A stretch of DNA of 64,000 nucleotides, taken from Candidatus Pacearchaeota archaeon CG10_big_fil_rev_8_21_14_0_10_34_76 (GTDB lineage: Archaea > Nanobdellota > Nanobdellia > Pacearchaeales > GW2011-AR1). A program made the position numbers and the translations under genes. The first letter of the stretch is position 1. Every line of letters starts with the position of its first letter. Under the pieces are notes generated by a model. The model did not search any database. It had not been told where the DNA came from and saw only the letters and a program-made list of their open reading frames with translations. The stretch covers positions 5,747-69,746 of the forward strand of contig PFDB01000015.1 in the NCBI GenBank assembly GCA_002763075.1, read 5' to 3'. Positions 53,559-61,800 of the stretch are shown here, one piece after another.

Positions 53559-54230
53559 ATGACAATAGTTGTTGCGAGAATAAAAGCTAAGGGTAATCAT
53601 TTTGAGATTTCCGTGGATTTTGATGAAGCAATGAAAGTGAGAAAGGGCGAGGGAGATATCACCAAGGCTCTTAATTCAAATGGAATTTATAAAGATGTCA
53701 ATAAAGGAACGGCGCCTTCTAATAGTGATTTAATGGATGCATTTGGGACTACAGACTTGTATGAGATTGCTAAAGAGATAATAATCAAAGGGGAAGTGCA
53801 AAAGCCACAGGAATTTAGAGATGCTGAAAGGGAAGCAAAGGTCAAACAAGTAATCAACCTTATACTGAGAAATGCAGTGGACCAGCATGGCAGGCCATAT
53901 ACTGAAGAGAGAATAAGAAGGGCTGTAGATGAGGCGCATTATAGCTTTGACAATAAGCCTGTTGAAGTCCAAATGCAGGCTCTTGTTCACAGGCTGAAAG
54001 AAGTGATACCTATCAGGATTGAGACTAAAAAATTGAGATTGACGATCCCTGCAAGATTTACGGGACAGGCTTATGGGCTTGTTGGAGATTATAAAGAAAA
54101 AGAAGAATGGTTGTCTAATGGAGATTTACAAGTTGTGATAAACATTCCAGCAGGTATGCAAATGGATTTCTTTGAAAAATTGAATTCTGTGACACATGGA
54201 GCCTTACAGAGTGAAGAAATAAAAGAGTAG
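53559..54230 (+). CDS. SBDS-family ribosome maturation protein (Sdo1)
   Basis: VARIKAKGNHFEISVDFDEAMKVRKGEGDI N-terminal FYSH-domain pattern. About 223 aa. Superoperon position. Confidence 0.85.
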   Translation: MTIVVARIKAKGNHFEISVDFDEAMKVRKGEGDITKALNSNGIYKDVNKGTAPSNSDLMDAFGTTDLYEIAKEIIIKGEVQKPQEFRDAEREAKVKQVINLILRNAVDQHGRPYTEERIRRAVDEAHYSFDNKPVEVQMQALVHRLKEVIPIRIETKKLRLTIPARFTGQAYGLVGDYKEKEEWLSNGDLQVVINIPAGMQMDFFEKLNSVTHGALQSEEIKE

Positions 54231-54234
54231 AAAC

Positions 54235-54819
54235 ATGATTCTTGAGACAAAAAGACTTATCCTACGTCCGCCTAAAAAAAGTGATTGGAAAGATATAGTT
54301 GAGGGAGCTGGGAATATAGAGGTCAGCAAGAATCTTTCTCTTGTTCCTCACCCATATACTAAAAAAGATGCCCAAAAATGGATAAAGGGAACGATTAAAA
54401 AATGGAAAAAGAAAGATAAGAAAGACATTACATTTTTTATCGAACTTAAATCAGAAAGAAAGATTATTGGTGTGACTTCAATACATAATATAGATATGAA
54501 AGATAAAAAGGCTACGACTGGCTCATGGCTAAATAAAAAATATTGGAGAAAGGGTTATATGACTGAGGCAAAAATTCCGGTATTGGATTTTGCTTTCAAC
54601 AAGATTGGGTTGAAAAAGATAGAAACAGAAGCTTTTGTTGAAAATATATCGTCGAATGGGATGTCTAAAAAACTTGGGTTCAAAAAAGAAGGGCTACTAA
54701 GGAAAACAACCGTCTCCAAGGCAACAGGAAAAGTGCATGATGCAAATACATATGGTTTGATGAAAGAGGAGTGGGTCCAGACTAGAACCAGACTTATTAA
54801 AGAGCTCCTGAAAAAGTGA
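54235..54819 (+). CDS. GNAT-family N-acetyltransferase (RimJ/RimL-like)
   Basis: LETKRLILRPPKKSDWKD start, WRKGYMTEA, and KKIETEAFVENISSNGMSKKLGFKKEG. Confidence 0.8.
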   Translation: MILETKRLILRPPKKSDWKDIVEGAGNIEVSKNLSLVPHPYTKKDAQKWIKGTIKKWKKKDKKDITFFIELKSERKIIGVTSIHNIDMKDKKATTGSWLNKKYWRKGYMTEAKIPVLDFAFNKIGLKKIETEAFVENISSNGMSKKLGFKKEGLLRKTTVSKATGKVHDANTYGLMKEEWVQTRTRLIKELLKK

Positions 54820-54941
54820 GTATATCTGGATTTTGATAATTCGGGAAACATTTAAAAAGTCAATATTTCTTTAGAATTCAATAAAGAATACACTAGGGAC
54901 CTTGATTACGATTACCCCTTAAAATGTATTATTAAGATTAA

Positions 54942-55649
54942 ATGGAAAACGAGATTAGTGAAGTACAAGAAACCAGTGAGGCTATTCCTGAGACTAAAAG
55001 GGAAATAGTTATACCTGGAGAGATTATTGTTTCTGGTGATGATTACCTTCCAGGTGAAGGTGTTAGAAGAGAGGGTGATAATATTGTTGCTAGTAAGTTT
55101 GGTTTGGCTGAACAGATAGGAAGAGTTGTAAAAATCATATCTGTCACTGGGAGCTATGTACCAAGAAGGAATAATGTTATTTTAGGAAGAATTACTGATG
55201 TTTTGCACAATGGATGGCTTTTAGATATTGATGCTGCTTCGTCTGCATTTTTACCTGTAGCAGAAGTTCCAAGATACATTAACCAGCATGAAATGAGCCA
55301 ATTCCTTGCTATAGGAGATATTGTTTCTGCAAAAATATGGTCTATAAAGGGAAGGGGGATTGATCTTGCTATGAAAGGACGAGGACTTGGAAAGGTTGAA
55401 GGTGGTTTCATTTTCAGAATTCAGCCAAGCAGGGTCCCAAGAGTTATTGGAAGAGAAGGAAGCATGATAACATTGATAAAAGAAGATACAGGATGTAATA
55501 TTACAGTTGGACAGAATGGATGGATATGGATTAAGGGAGAATCTATAGATCAAGAATTAAGAGCTAGAAAGGCAATTGAGTATATAGCTGATAAAGTAAA
55601 TGTTGGAGGACTGACTGAGCATATGGAAGCTTGGTTCAAAGATAATTAA
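54942..55649 (+). CDS. rrp4: Exosome RNA-binding subunit Rrp4 (S1 + KH)
   Basis: S1-like region (VILGRITDVLHNGWLLDI) and KH (RVIGREGSMITLIKEDTGCNITVGQNGWIWI). Precedes rrp41/rrp42. Confidence 0.88.
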   Translation: MENEISEVQETSEAIPETKREIVIPGEIIVSGDDYLPGEGVRREGDNIVASKFGLAEQIGRVVKIISVTGSYVPRRNNVILGRITDVLHNGWLLDIDAASSAFLPVAEVPRYINQHEMSQFLAIGDIVSAKIWSIKGRGIDLAMKGRGLGKVEGGFIFRIQPSRVPRVIGREGSMITLIKEDTGCNITVGQNGWIWIKGESIDQELRARKAIEYIADKVNVGGLTEHMEAWFKDN

Positions 55650-55650
55650 T

Positions 55651-56352
55651 ATGGTAAAAAGACATGATGGAAGAGCTGCTGATGAAATGAGGCCTATGGT
55701 TGCTAAAGTTGGAATAATTCCTAATGCTGATGGAAGCGCAATGTTTTCATTTGGAAAAACTATTGCAATAGCCGCAGTCTATGGACCAAGGACATTGCAT
55801 CCACAACATATGCAGAATCCAGCTACAGGAATTTTGAGAGTGAATTATGACCTTCTTAGTTTCTCTGTTGCTGATAGAAAGAAACCTGGCCCATCTAGAA
55901 GAAGCAAGGAAATCTCAAAAGTTACTGAATGGGCATTAGCTCCAGTGCTTAATCTTGAAGAATTTCCAAATACTGTTGTTGATGTTGAAATATATATTCT
56001 TCAAGCAGATGCTAGTACAAGGGTTGCTGGAATTAACGCTGCTGCAATGGCCCTTGCACATGCAGGGCTTCCTATGAAAGATTTAGTTACTGCTGTGGCT
56101 GTTGGCAAAATCGATAAGGAATTGATTGTTGATGTTGATAAAGAAGAAGAAGATTTTAGAGAGGGCGAGGGTGCAACTGATTTTCCACTTGCAAAGGTCT
56201 CAACAAAAGACGAATTTACACTTTTACAGCTTGATGGAAAAATACAACCAGATCTTATTCCAAAAGCTCTGGATATGGCAACAAAGGCCTGTGAAAAGAT
56301 ATATGAATTGCAGAAAGCTGCTCTGAAGGAATCCATCGGAGGTAATAAATAA
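55651..56352 (+). CDS. rrp41: Exosome RNase PH subunit Rrp41
   Basis: RHDGRAADEMRP...NADGSAMFSFGKTIAIAAVYGP. Confidence 0.9.
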   Translation: MVKRHDGRAADEMRPMVAKVGIIPNADGSAMFSFGKTIAIAAVYGPRTLHPQHMQNPATGILRVNYDLLSFSVADRKKPGPSRRSKEISKVTEWALAPVLNLEEFPNTVVDVEIYILQADASTRVAGINAAAMALAHAGLPMKDLVTAVAVGKIDKELIVDVDKEEEDFREGEGATDFPLAKVSTKDEFTLLQLDGKIQPDLIPKALDMATKACEKIYELQKAALKESIGGNK

Positions 56353-56353
56353 A

Positions 56354-57187
56354 ATGAGTGCAATGAATGTTTCAAACTTAACAAAGGAATATCTTGTTAA
56401 ATTATTTGCTGAGAACAAGAGATTTGATGGAAGAAAGAATTTTGATTTAAAGGATTTTCAGGTTGAATATGGAGTTTCTAATAAGGCAGAAGGAAGTGCT
56501 AGAGTAAAGCTTGGAAAAACAGAAGTTGTTGTTGGAATCAAATTGCAAACTGGAGAACCTTATCCTGATTCCCCTAATGCTGGAAATCTAATGGTCTCTG
56601 GAGATCTTCTACCTTTGGCTTCACCAAGATTTGAATCAGGGCCTCCTAAATTTGATGCTATTGAAATGCCAAGACTTATTGATAGGATGCTTAGAGAAAG
56701 TGGGTTTATAGATCTGAAAAAACTTGTCATAGAAGAAGGCAAAAATGTTTGGACGGTAATAGTTGATATCTATCCAATTAATGATGATGGAGCATTGATA
56801 GATGCTGCTAGTATTGCGTCTGTTGCTGCACTAAGAAATGCTAAGTTCCCAGGATTACATGAAAATGGAAAAGTTGACTTTGACAAAAAGACTGAAGAAA
56901 GACTTCCACTTGCAGAAGAAGTTATTCCTTTGTCTTTCACGTTCTTCAAATTGAGGGATTCAATTATCCTCCATCCAACAAGAGAAGAAGAGGAAGCATG
57001 CGAAGCTAAGGTTACATTTGGAGTTTCTTACTGGAAAGGCCAATATATGGTAAATTCATGTCAGAAGGGAATGAAAGTCCCATTTACAAGAGATGAGCTT
57101 GAGACAATTTCAAAGATGCTTCCAGAGAAACATGAAGAAATAGTAAAGACCTTGAGAACTAAACTTGATGAAAATCAAAAAGCTTAA
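56354..57187 (+). CDS. rrp42: Exosome RNase PH-like subunit Rrp42
   Basis: NKRFDGRKNFDLKDF...AEGSARVKLGKTEVVVGI. About 277 aa. Confidence 0.88.
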   Translation: MSAMNVSNLTKEYLVKLFAENKRFDGRKNFDLKDFQVEYGVSNKAEGSARVKLGKTEVVVGIKLQTGEPYPDSPNAGNLMVSGDLLPLASPRFESGPPKFDAIEMPRLIDRMLRESGFIDLKKLVIEEGKNVWTVIVDIYPINDDGALIDAASIASVAALRNAKFPGLHENGKVDFDKKTEERLPLAEEVIPLSFTFFKLRDSIILHPTREEEEACEAKVTFGVSYWKGQYMVNSCQKGMKVPFTRDELETISKMLPEKHEEIVKTLRTKLDENQKA

Positions 57188-57205
57188 TAAGCTTCTAAAA
57201 CGAGT

Positions 57206-57586
57206 ATGAATATGATAAAGCAGGAATATACAAGATATGAGGTTGCGAGGATTATTGGAGCAAGAGCCCTGCAAATATCAATGGATGCCCCATTATTAAT
57301 TAACCTCTCTGAGAAGGAACTTGAAGAAATAAATTATGATCCTATCAAAATTGCAGATAAAGAATTTGAAGCAGGTGCATTACCTATAACTGTGCATAGG
57401 CCAATTCCTAAGAAAAGAGAAGTTAAACTTCCGATAGTGAAAGAAGATAAGATTGACGATGCAAAAATTATTGCTAAGGAAAAGGAAGTTGAGAGCGAAA
57501 TAACTGAAAAGGCTGAAGAAATGGGCTTTGCCCAAGAAGATGATATTGAAGATTTCGGTGGCGATGGGTCTGAAGAAGAAGATTGA
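57206..57586 (+). CDS. rpoK: DNA-directed RNA polymerase subunit K (Rpo6) with acidic C-terminal extension
   Basis: [22 protein letters not shown] core motif. About 55 extra C-terminal residues rich in E/D/K. Confidence 0.88.
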   Translation: MNMIKQEYTRYEVARIIGARALQISMDAPLLINLSEKELEEINYDPIKIADKEFEAGALPITVHRPIPKKREVKLPIVKEDKIDDAKIIAKEKEVESEITEKAEEMGFAQEDDIEDFGGDGSEEED

Positions 57587-57619
57587 TAAGTTTATTAATT
57601 CTAAAAACTTTCTAGGAGC

Positions 57620-58753
57620 ATGATCATAAAGAGTGTGAAGGCTTGGGCTATCAAGGATTCTAGGAATGAAACTACTATTGAGGTTTCTGTCAATGGATGC
57701 AAGGCAAGTTCCCCTTCAGGAAAATCTACCGGAAAATATGAAAGCAAGCCATATCATAAAAATATTGAATGGAATCTTAAATTTCTTAATTCTTGGAATG
57801 AATTAATAGAAGTCTCTGCATTTGACGATCTTAAAAAAATTGAAAAATTTATAGTGAAGAAAGCTGGACTGAAAGATGCAAAAGAATTTGGAGCTAATGC
57901 TCTTTTTGCATTTGAGTCTGCTATCTTAAAGGCACTGGCAAAAGAAGAGAGAAAGGAACTTTGGCAAGTTGTAAATGAAAAAGCAAAAAAATTCCCAACC
58001 CCTGTAGGGAATGTTATTGGGGGAGGATTACATAGTTCAAATAAAGACAGGCCTGAATTTCAGGAATTCTTACTTATTCCTGAAGGCAAAACTTTCAAAA
58101 AAAAATTTAAGATAATGCAGTCTGCTCATAAAGAGATTAAAAAGATAATCAAATCAAAAAAGAAGAATGATGAAGGAGCATGGGAAACCTCACTTTATAA
58201 TGAACAAGTCCTTGGAATATTAGAAGGGATTGATGATGTACAAATTGGGATAGATGTTGCATCTTCAAGTTTTTTCAAAAATGGAAAATACTCTTATGGA
58301 AAAAGAGTTCTTTCTAGAAGGCATCAAATAGATTATATCAATTCCCTTATTGAAAAATTTGGTGTGTTCTATCTTGAAGATCCACTTGATGAAGAAGATT
58401 TTTCAGGGTTTAGCATGGTAAAAAAAGAGGGGCTTGTCGTTGGTGACGACCTTACTGCAAGTCACCTAAGCAGAACAAAGAAGGCATTGAAAATGAAATC
58501 TATAAATGCCATGATAATCAAACCAAATCAAAATGGCTCTCTCCTTGAGATTTCTGAATTGTTTAAATTTTGCAAGAAGAATGGAGTAAAAACAGTGATG
58601 TCACATCGATCTGGAGAAACAATGGACAATGCTCTTGCAGATTATGCTTTTGCTTTTGGGGCTGATTTTATCAAAACAGGAGTCTCTACCAAATGGAGAG
58701 AAAGCAAATTGAAAAGAATGTGTGAGATAGAAAGGAAGGTTTCTAATAAATGA
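57620..58753 (+). CDS. eno: Enolase (compact, 377 aa)
   Basis: DSRNETTIEV, PSGKSTG, FQEFLLIP, IDVASSSF, LEDPL, VGDDL, IKPNQNGS, SHRSGET, IKTG. The metal and catalytic positions I could check are present. Confidence 0.85.
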   Translation: MIIKSVKAWAIKDSRNETTIEVSVNGCKASSPSGKSTGKYESKPYHKNIEWNLKFLNSWNELIEVSAFDDLKKIEKFIVKKAGLKDAKEFGANALFAFESAILKALAKEERKELWQVVNEKAKKFPTPVGNVIGGGLHSSNKDRPEFQEFLLIPEGKTFKKKFKIMQSAHKEIKKIIKSKKKNDEGAWETSLYNEQVLGILEGIDDVQIGIDVASSSFFKNGKYSYGKRVLSRRHQIDYINSLIEKFGVFYLEDPLDEEDFSGFSMVKKEGLVVGDDLTASHLSRTKKALKMKSINAMIIKPNQNGSLLEISELFKFCKKNGVKTVMSHRSGETMDNALADYAFAFGADFIKTGVSTKWRESKLKRMCEIERKVSNK

Positions 58754-58764
58754 AAAAGATAATC

Positions 58765-59673
58765 TCACAAGACTTGTTCCCAAGAACCTGACTCTTCAAA
58801 CCTTTCTTTACCCTTGAATAGTTCCTTAACATATGTGCCAGCTATTTTTTCTAATAATTCTACATTATTTGTGTATTCAAACCATAATGCTGTTAATTGG
58901 TGTAAATCTGCATACTCGTAAGAAGTAACATAGGGCGGAGATGTAACAACCATTTTAACGCTGTTGTCTGCTGTTGGTATTTTTCTGGCGTCGCTTAAAA
59001 CAATTTTATTTTCTTTTATCAATTTTCCCAGAGTTAGATTATAAAGTTCTAAATTTCCCCTTATCATGCTATTTATCTGTCGCTTAAATGTTTTAATCGG
59101 GTCTTGTTGTTTTTTATTAAAATCTCTTGTTGGCTTATTGCTTTTTGCTAACCATATAGAACAATTTTTTAATATTTGAGAAAATCCACAGAGAAAGAAA
59201 TTAATTAATTCTTCTCCCCTTAATGATTTAATATTTTTTAGAATTTTAAATAAAGTTAGTCTTATTTTTTTATCAGGAAACCAATAGATTATTCTCTCGT
59301 TAAATTCTCTGTCTTTTATTTCTTCTTCATTTTCTATCAAATCAAATAACTTTTCTTTTGCTTTATTTAGTTTGTCTGGTTCAATCGGAGTTATCTTTGT
59401 CTTGCTTATCAAAACAGCAACGGGGTTAATATCTGTTCCAATTCCTTTTCTTCCATAAATTAAAGATTCTACAATAGTCGTTCCGCAACCGCAAAAAGTA
59501 TCTATAACCAAATCTCCCTCATTAGAATTTTCTAAAATACATCTTCTTGCTAATTGAGGGATAAATTTTGCAGGGTATCTATGATAGCCATGACTTGCAT
59601 AAGGGGTATCTTTGCGACTTGAATCTTCAAAAGCCCATGATTTATCCTCTTTAATACCCTCAAATTTTTTCAT
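58765..59673 (-). CDS. N6-adenine/N4-cytosine DNA methyltransferase (orphan, no obvious endonuclease)
   Basis: HRYPAKFIPQLARRCI...GDLVIDTFCGCGTT (SAM motif I region) followed about 170 aa later by VVTSPPY (motif IV). Confidence 0.85.
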   Translation of the reverse strand: MKKFEGIKEDKSWAFEDSSRKDTPYASHGYHRYPAKFIPQLARRCILENSNEGDLVIDTFCGCGTTIVESLIYGRKGIGTDINPVAVLISKTKITPIEPDKLNKAKEKLFDLIENEEEIKDREFNERIIYWFPDKKIRLTLFKILKNIKSLRGEELINFFLCGFSQILKNCSIWLAKSNKPTRDFNKKQQDPIKTFKRQINSMIRGNLELYNLTLGKLIKENKIVLSDARKIPTADNSVKMVVTSPPYVTSYEYADLHQLTALWFEYTNNVELLEKIAGTYVKELFKGKERFEESGSWEQVL

Positions 59674-59674
59674 T

Positions 59675-59965
59675 TTATTTTAATTTTTTGGACAAAAATT
59701 TAATTACCTCATTTATCAAATCTCTACATTCTTTTGATTTTTTAAGAGTTATTGTTATGTTATTTTTTTCTTTGTAATGTATTATTTTATTTCTTAAATC
59801 TTCAAATGATTTAAGGTCTTTCCACATTTTGCTTTGTTTAAATTTCTTAATATCTAATTTTGTAAAATGATGTATTAAAAATAATATCTTTTTTGTTGTT
59901 GGGGGTCTTATTGTTATTTCTTCAAAAAAACCTTCTTCATTAACTCTTAATTCTTTTTCATTCAA
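59675..59965 (-). CDS. HEPN-like small ORF (Rx4H motif), probably the detached C-terminal part of a TM-HEPN gene
   Basis: The track start is TTG and there is no ATG. Motif FEDLRNKIIHY. The frame stays open upstream through repeat copy 1 to 60103. Confidence 0.45.
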   Translation of the reverse strand: MNEKELRVNEEGFFEEITIRPPTTKKILFLIHHFTKLDIKKFKQSKMWKDLKSFEDLRNKIIHYKEKNNITITLKKSKECRDLINEVIKFLSKKLK

Positions 59966-60030
59966 AAAAGATTTTTCATGTAGTTTTAACCTTGAACCAA
60001 TAGAAAAAGATTCAGAAAGAGTATTAATAT

Positions 60031-60154
60031 GATTAAATATTATCGTTCCAATTGTAGAGGCTATAATATATGCTATTAAAATAGGGGTCCCACGAATATT
60101 CGATTATATATTATCGTTCCAATTGTAGAGGCTATAATATATGCTATTAAAATA
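60031..60154. repeat. 53-nt direct repeat (60031-60083 and 60102-60154, 1 mismatch) separated by 18 nt
   Basis: GATTA[A/T]ATATTATCGTTCCAATTGTAGAGGCTATAATATATGCTATTAAAATA occurs twice with a 71-nt offset. Copy 2 encodes the C-terminal TM segment ILIAYIIASTIGTII of 60076..60408. Confidence 0.9.
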
Positions 60155-60408
60155 ATCCACCCCAGTTTTTTACTTGAGTTAAAAGCAAGGTGTATCCCAT
60201 ATCCAACAAAAAATAAAATAACTGGTAGAAGAATTAATGAAAGGGAGGCTCCTAGAGAAAGCAGAATCAGTGCTGGAATAGCAATAACCTCTATCGGGAG
60301 GAAAATAAGATAATATAGACTTACAAAGGAAAAGGCTAAAACAATTAATCCCAAAACGAAACCTATCCAAGCCATCCAAGATTTTAAAGGATTATATGAT
60401 TTTGCCAT
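60076..60408 (-). CDS. Three-TM membrane protein (probable N-terminal part of the split TM-HEPN gene)
   Basis: 110 aa, almost entirely hydrophobic helices. The stop lies inside repeat copy 1, in a shifted frame. Confidence 0.6.
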   Translation of the reverse strand: MAKSYNPLKSWMAWIGFVLGLIVLAFSFVSLYYLIFLPIEVIAIPALILLSLGASLSLILLPVILFFVGYGIHLAFNSSKKLGWIILIAYIIASTIGTIIYNRIFVGPLF

Positions 60409-60455
60409 ACTTCTATGGGATTTGCTTACTTTTAAACTCTATCTATTAAAAGTTC

Positions 60456-60713
60456 CTAAACTGCAATTCCATAATCTCTTGCAGCAGTCCTTAAACCTAC
60501 CGCTTCTTCGGGGTTTGCAGGAGGATTCCTTAAGCGAACTAGATAAGTGTCTCTTACATTCAAAGAATAATCAATTTGTTTTCTTAGACATGCAACCCCT
60601 AAATCTTCACCAATTGCTGACTCTGTACCAACATGGCTATCTAAATATCTCAAATTGGGAGGTAATATTCCTCCAAACTCTCTTCTCACTTCTCCAACTG
60701 TCGTTAAGGTCAT
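60456..60713 (-). CDS. Hypothetical protein with atypical (GC-richer, Arg/Val/Gly-rich) composition
   Basis: 85-aa ORF (MTLTTVGEVRREFGGILPPNLRYLD...). No family recognised. Its composition differs from the Lys/Ile/Asn-rich neighbours. Confidence 0.4.
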   Translation of the reverse strand: MTLTTVGEVRREFGGILPPNLRYLDSHVGTESAIGEDLGVACLRKQIDYSLNVRDTYLVRLRNPPANPEEAVGLRTAARDYGIAV

Positions 60714-60865
60714 CACTCAATGAAAACTCTCTAATTTCTGGTTAACCCCTGGATAGACAGATTTAAAAAGCTCATTTTTCTAAGAAGAATAAGTTAGCAG
60801 GTACGGAAACGCAATATCAATAAGTCGCTCTGATTAACCCCTGCGCTACTTATATTTGGTTAATA

Positions 60866-61768
60866 ATGGCAAAAAAGAAAGAAGAAAATGTTGTTGAAAG
60901 AGCAGTTGACGCTGTTGAAGAAGTTATAGAAGACACTGCAGAAGTTGTTAAGGAAATAACTGAAAAAGTTAAGAAAACTATGACTGGCAAGAAAACTAAC
61001 AAAAAGAAAACAGAAAAGACTGAAGAGAAAGAAATAGAAAAAAAGGTTCCTGTAAAATCTAAACTGGAAGAATTGAAAGAAAAAGCCAAGGCCTTGGAAA
61101 AGAAGGTAGGTGTTGAGAAGAAGATTGATATTAAAAGTGAGGTAAAAGGAGAAAGTGAGGACAAGAAAGACTTGCTTGTACCAATAGAGGATTATCTTAA
61201 GGCTTCCATACATCTCGGAACAAGAGTAATCACTCCAGATATGAGAAAATATGTATACAAAAGAAGGGCCGATGGACTTGCTGTTTTCAACACGAACCTT
61301 ATAGATGATATGTTAAGGGATGGTGCTGAATATCTCTCTAAATTTGCTCCTGAGGATATAGTTGTTGTCTGTAAGAGAGAAGCTGGATGGCGTGCAACTC
61401 GGTTATTTGGAGAGACTCTCGGTGTAAAAACATTCACCAAGAAATACCCTGCAGGAAGTTTAACAAACCCCAATCTTGAGAATTTTTTTGAAACAGACCT
61501 TATTCTTATCTGTGATCCCTGGCTTGACAAAAATGCACTTAATGATGCAAATAAGATTAAGATTAATGTCATGAGTGTATGTGATACAAATAATTTTACT
61601 AAGGGAATAGATAAGTTTGTCATCGGAAATAATAAAAGCGGTAAAAGTATTGGAATAATCTTATATTTGCTTGCTAAACTGTATGTAGAAAAAAGAAATC
61701 TGAATATTGAAGTTCCTGGAATAGAGAAATTTATAGAGAATTGGGCTGAAGCTCAGATACCTGCATAA
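60866..61768 (+). CDS. rps2: 30S ribosomal protein uS2 with a ~100-aa Lys/Glu-rich N-terminal extension
   Basis: The core starts at LLVPIEDYLKASIHLGTRVITPDMRKYVYKRRADGLAVFN. Upstream, 60866-61168 encodes a low-complexity K/E-rich segment. Confidence 0.88.
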   Translation: MAKKKEENVVERAVDAVEEVIEDTAEVVKEITEKVKKTMTGKKTNKKKTEKTEEKEIEKKVPVKSKLEELKEKAKALEKKVGVEKKIDIKSEVKGESEDKKDLLVPIEDYLKASIHLGTRVITPDMRKYVYKRRADGLAVFNTNLIDDMLRDGAEYLSKFAPEDIVVVCKREAGWRATRLFGETLGVKTFTKKYPAGSLTNPNLENFFETDLILICDPWLDKNALNDANKIKINVMSVCDTNNFTKGIDKFVIGNNKSGKSIGIILYLLAKLYVEKRNLNIEVPGIEKFIENWAEAQIPA

Positions 61769-61800
61769 AATCTAAATAAGGGATTGTTGTTAAGTTTGCA

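Noticed and set aside
60422-60745. 107-aa plus-strand ORF overlapping 60456..60713.
   Set aside because: It starts on a non-ATG codon, and its Leu/Gln-rich low-information translation looks spurious. The minus-strand frame has a more protein-like composition. Neither frame has a recognised family, so the preference for the minus frame is only moderate.
60850-61213. 104-aa and 117-aa minus-strand ORFs.
   Set aside because: They are antisense shadows of the K/E-rich uS2 extension (Phe/Ser/Leu-rich translation).
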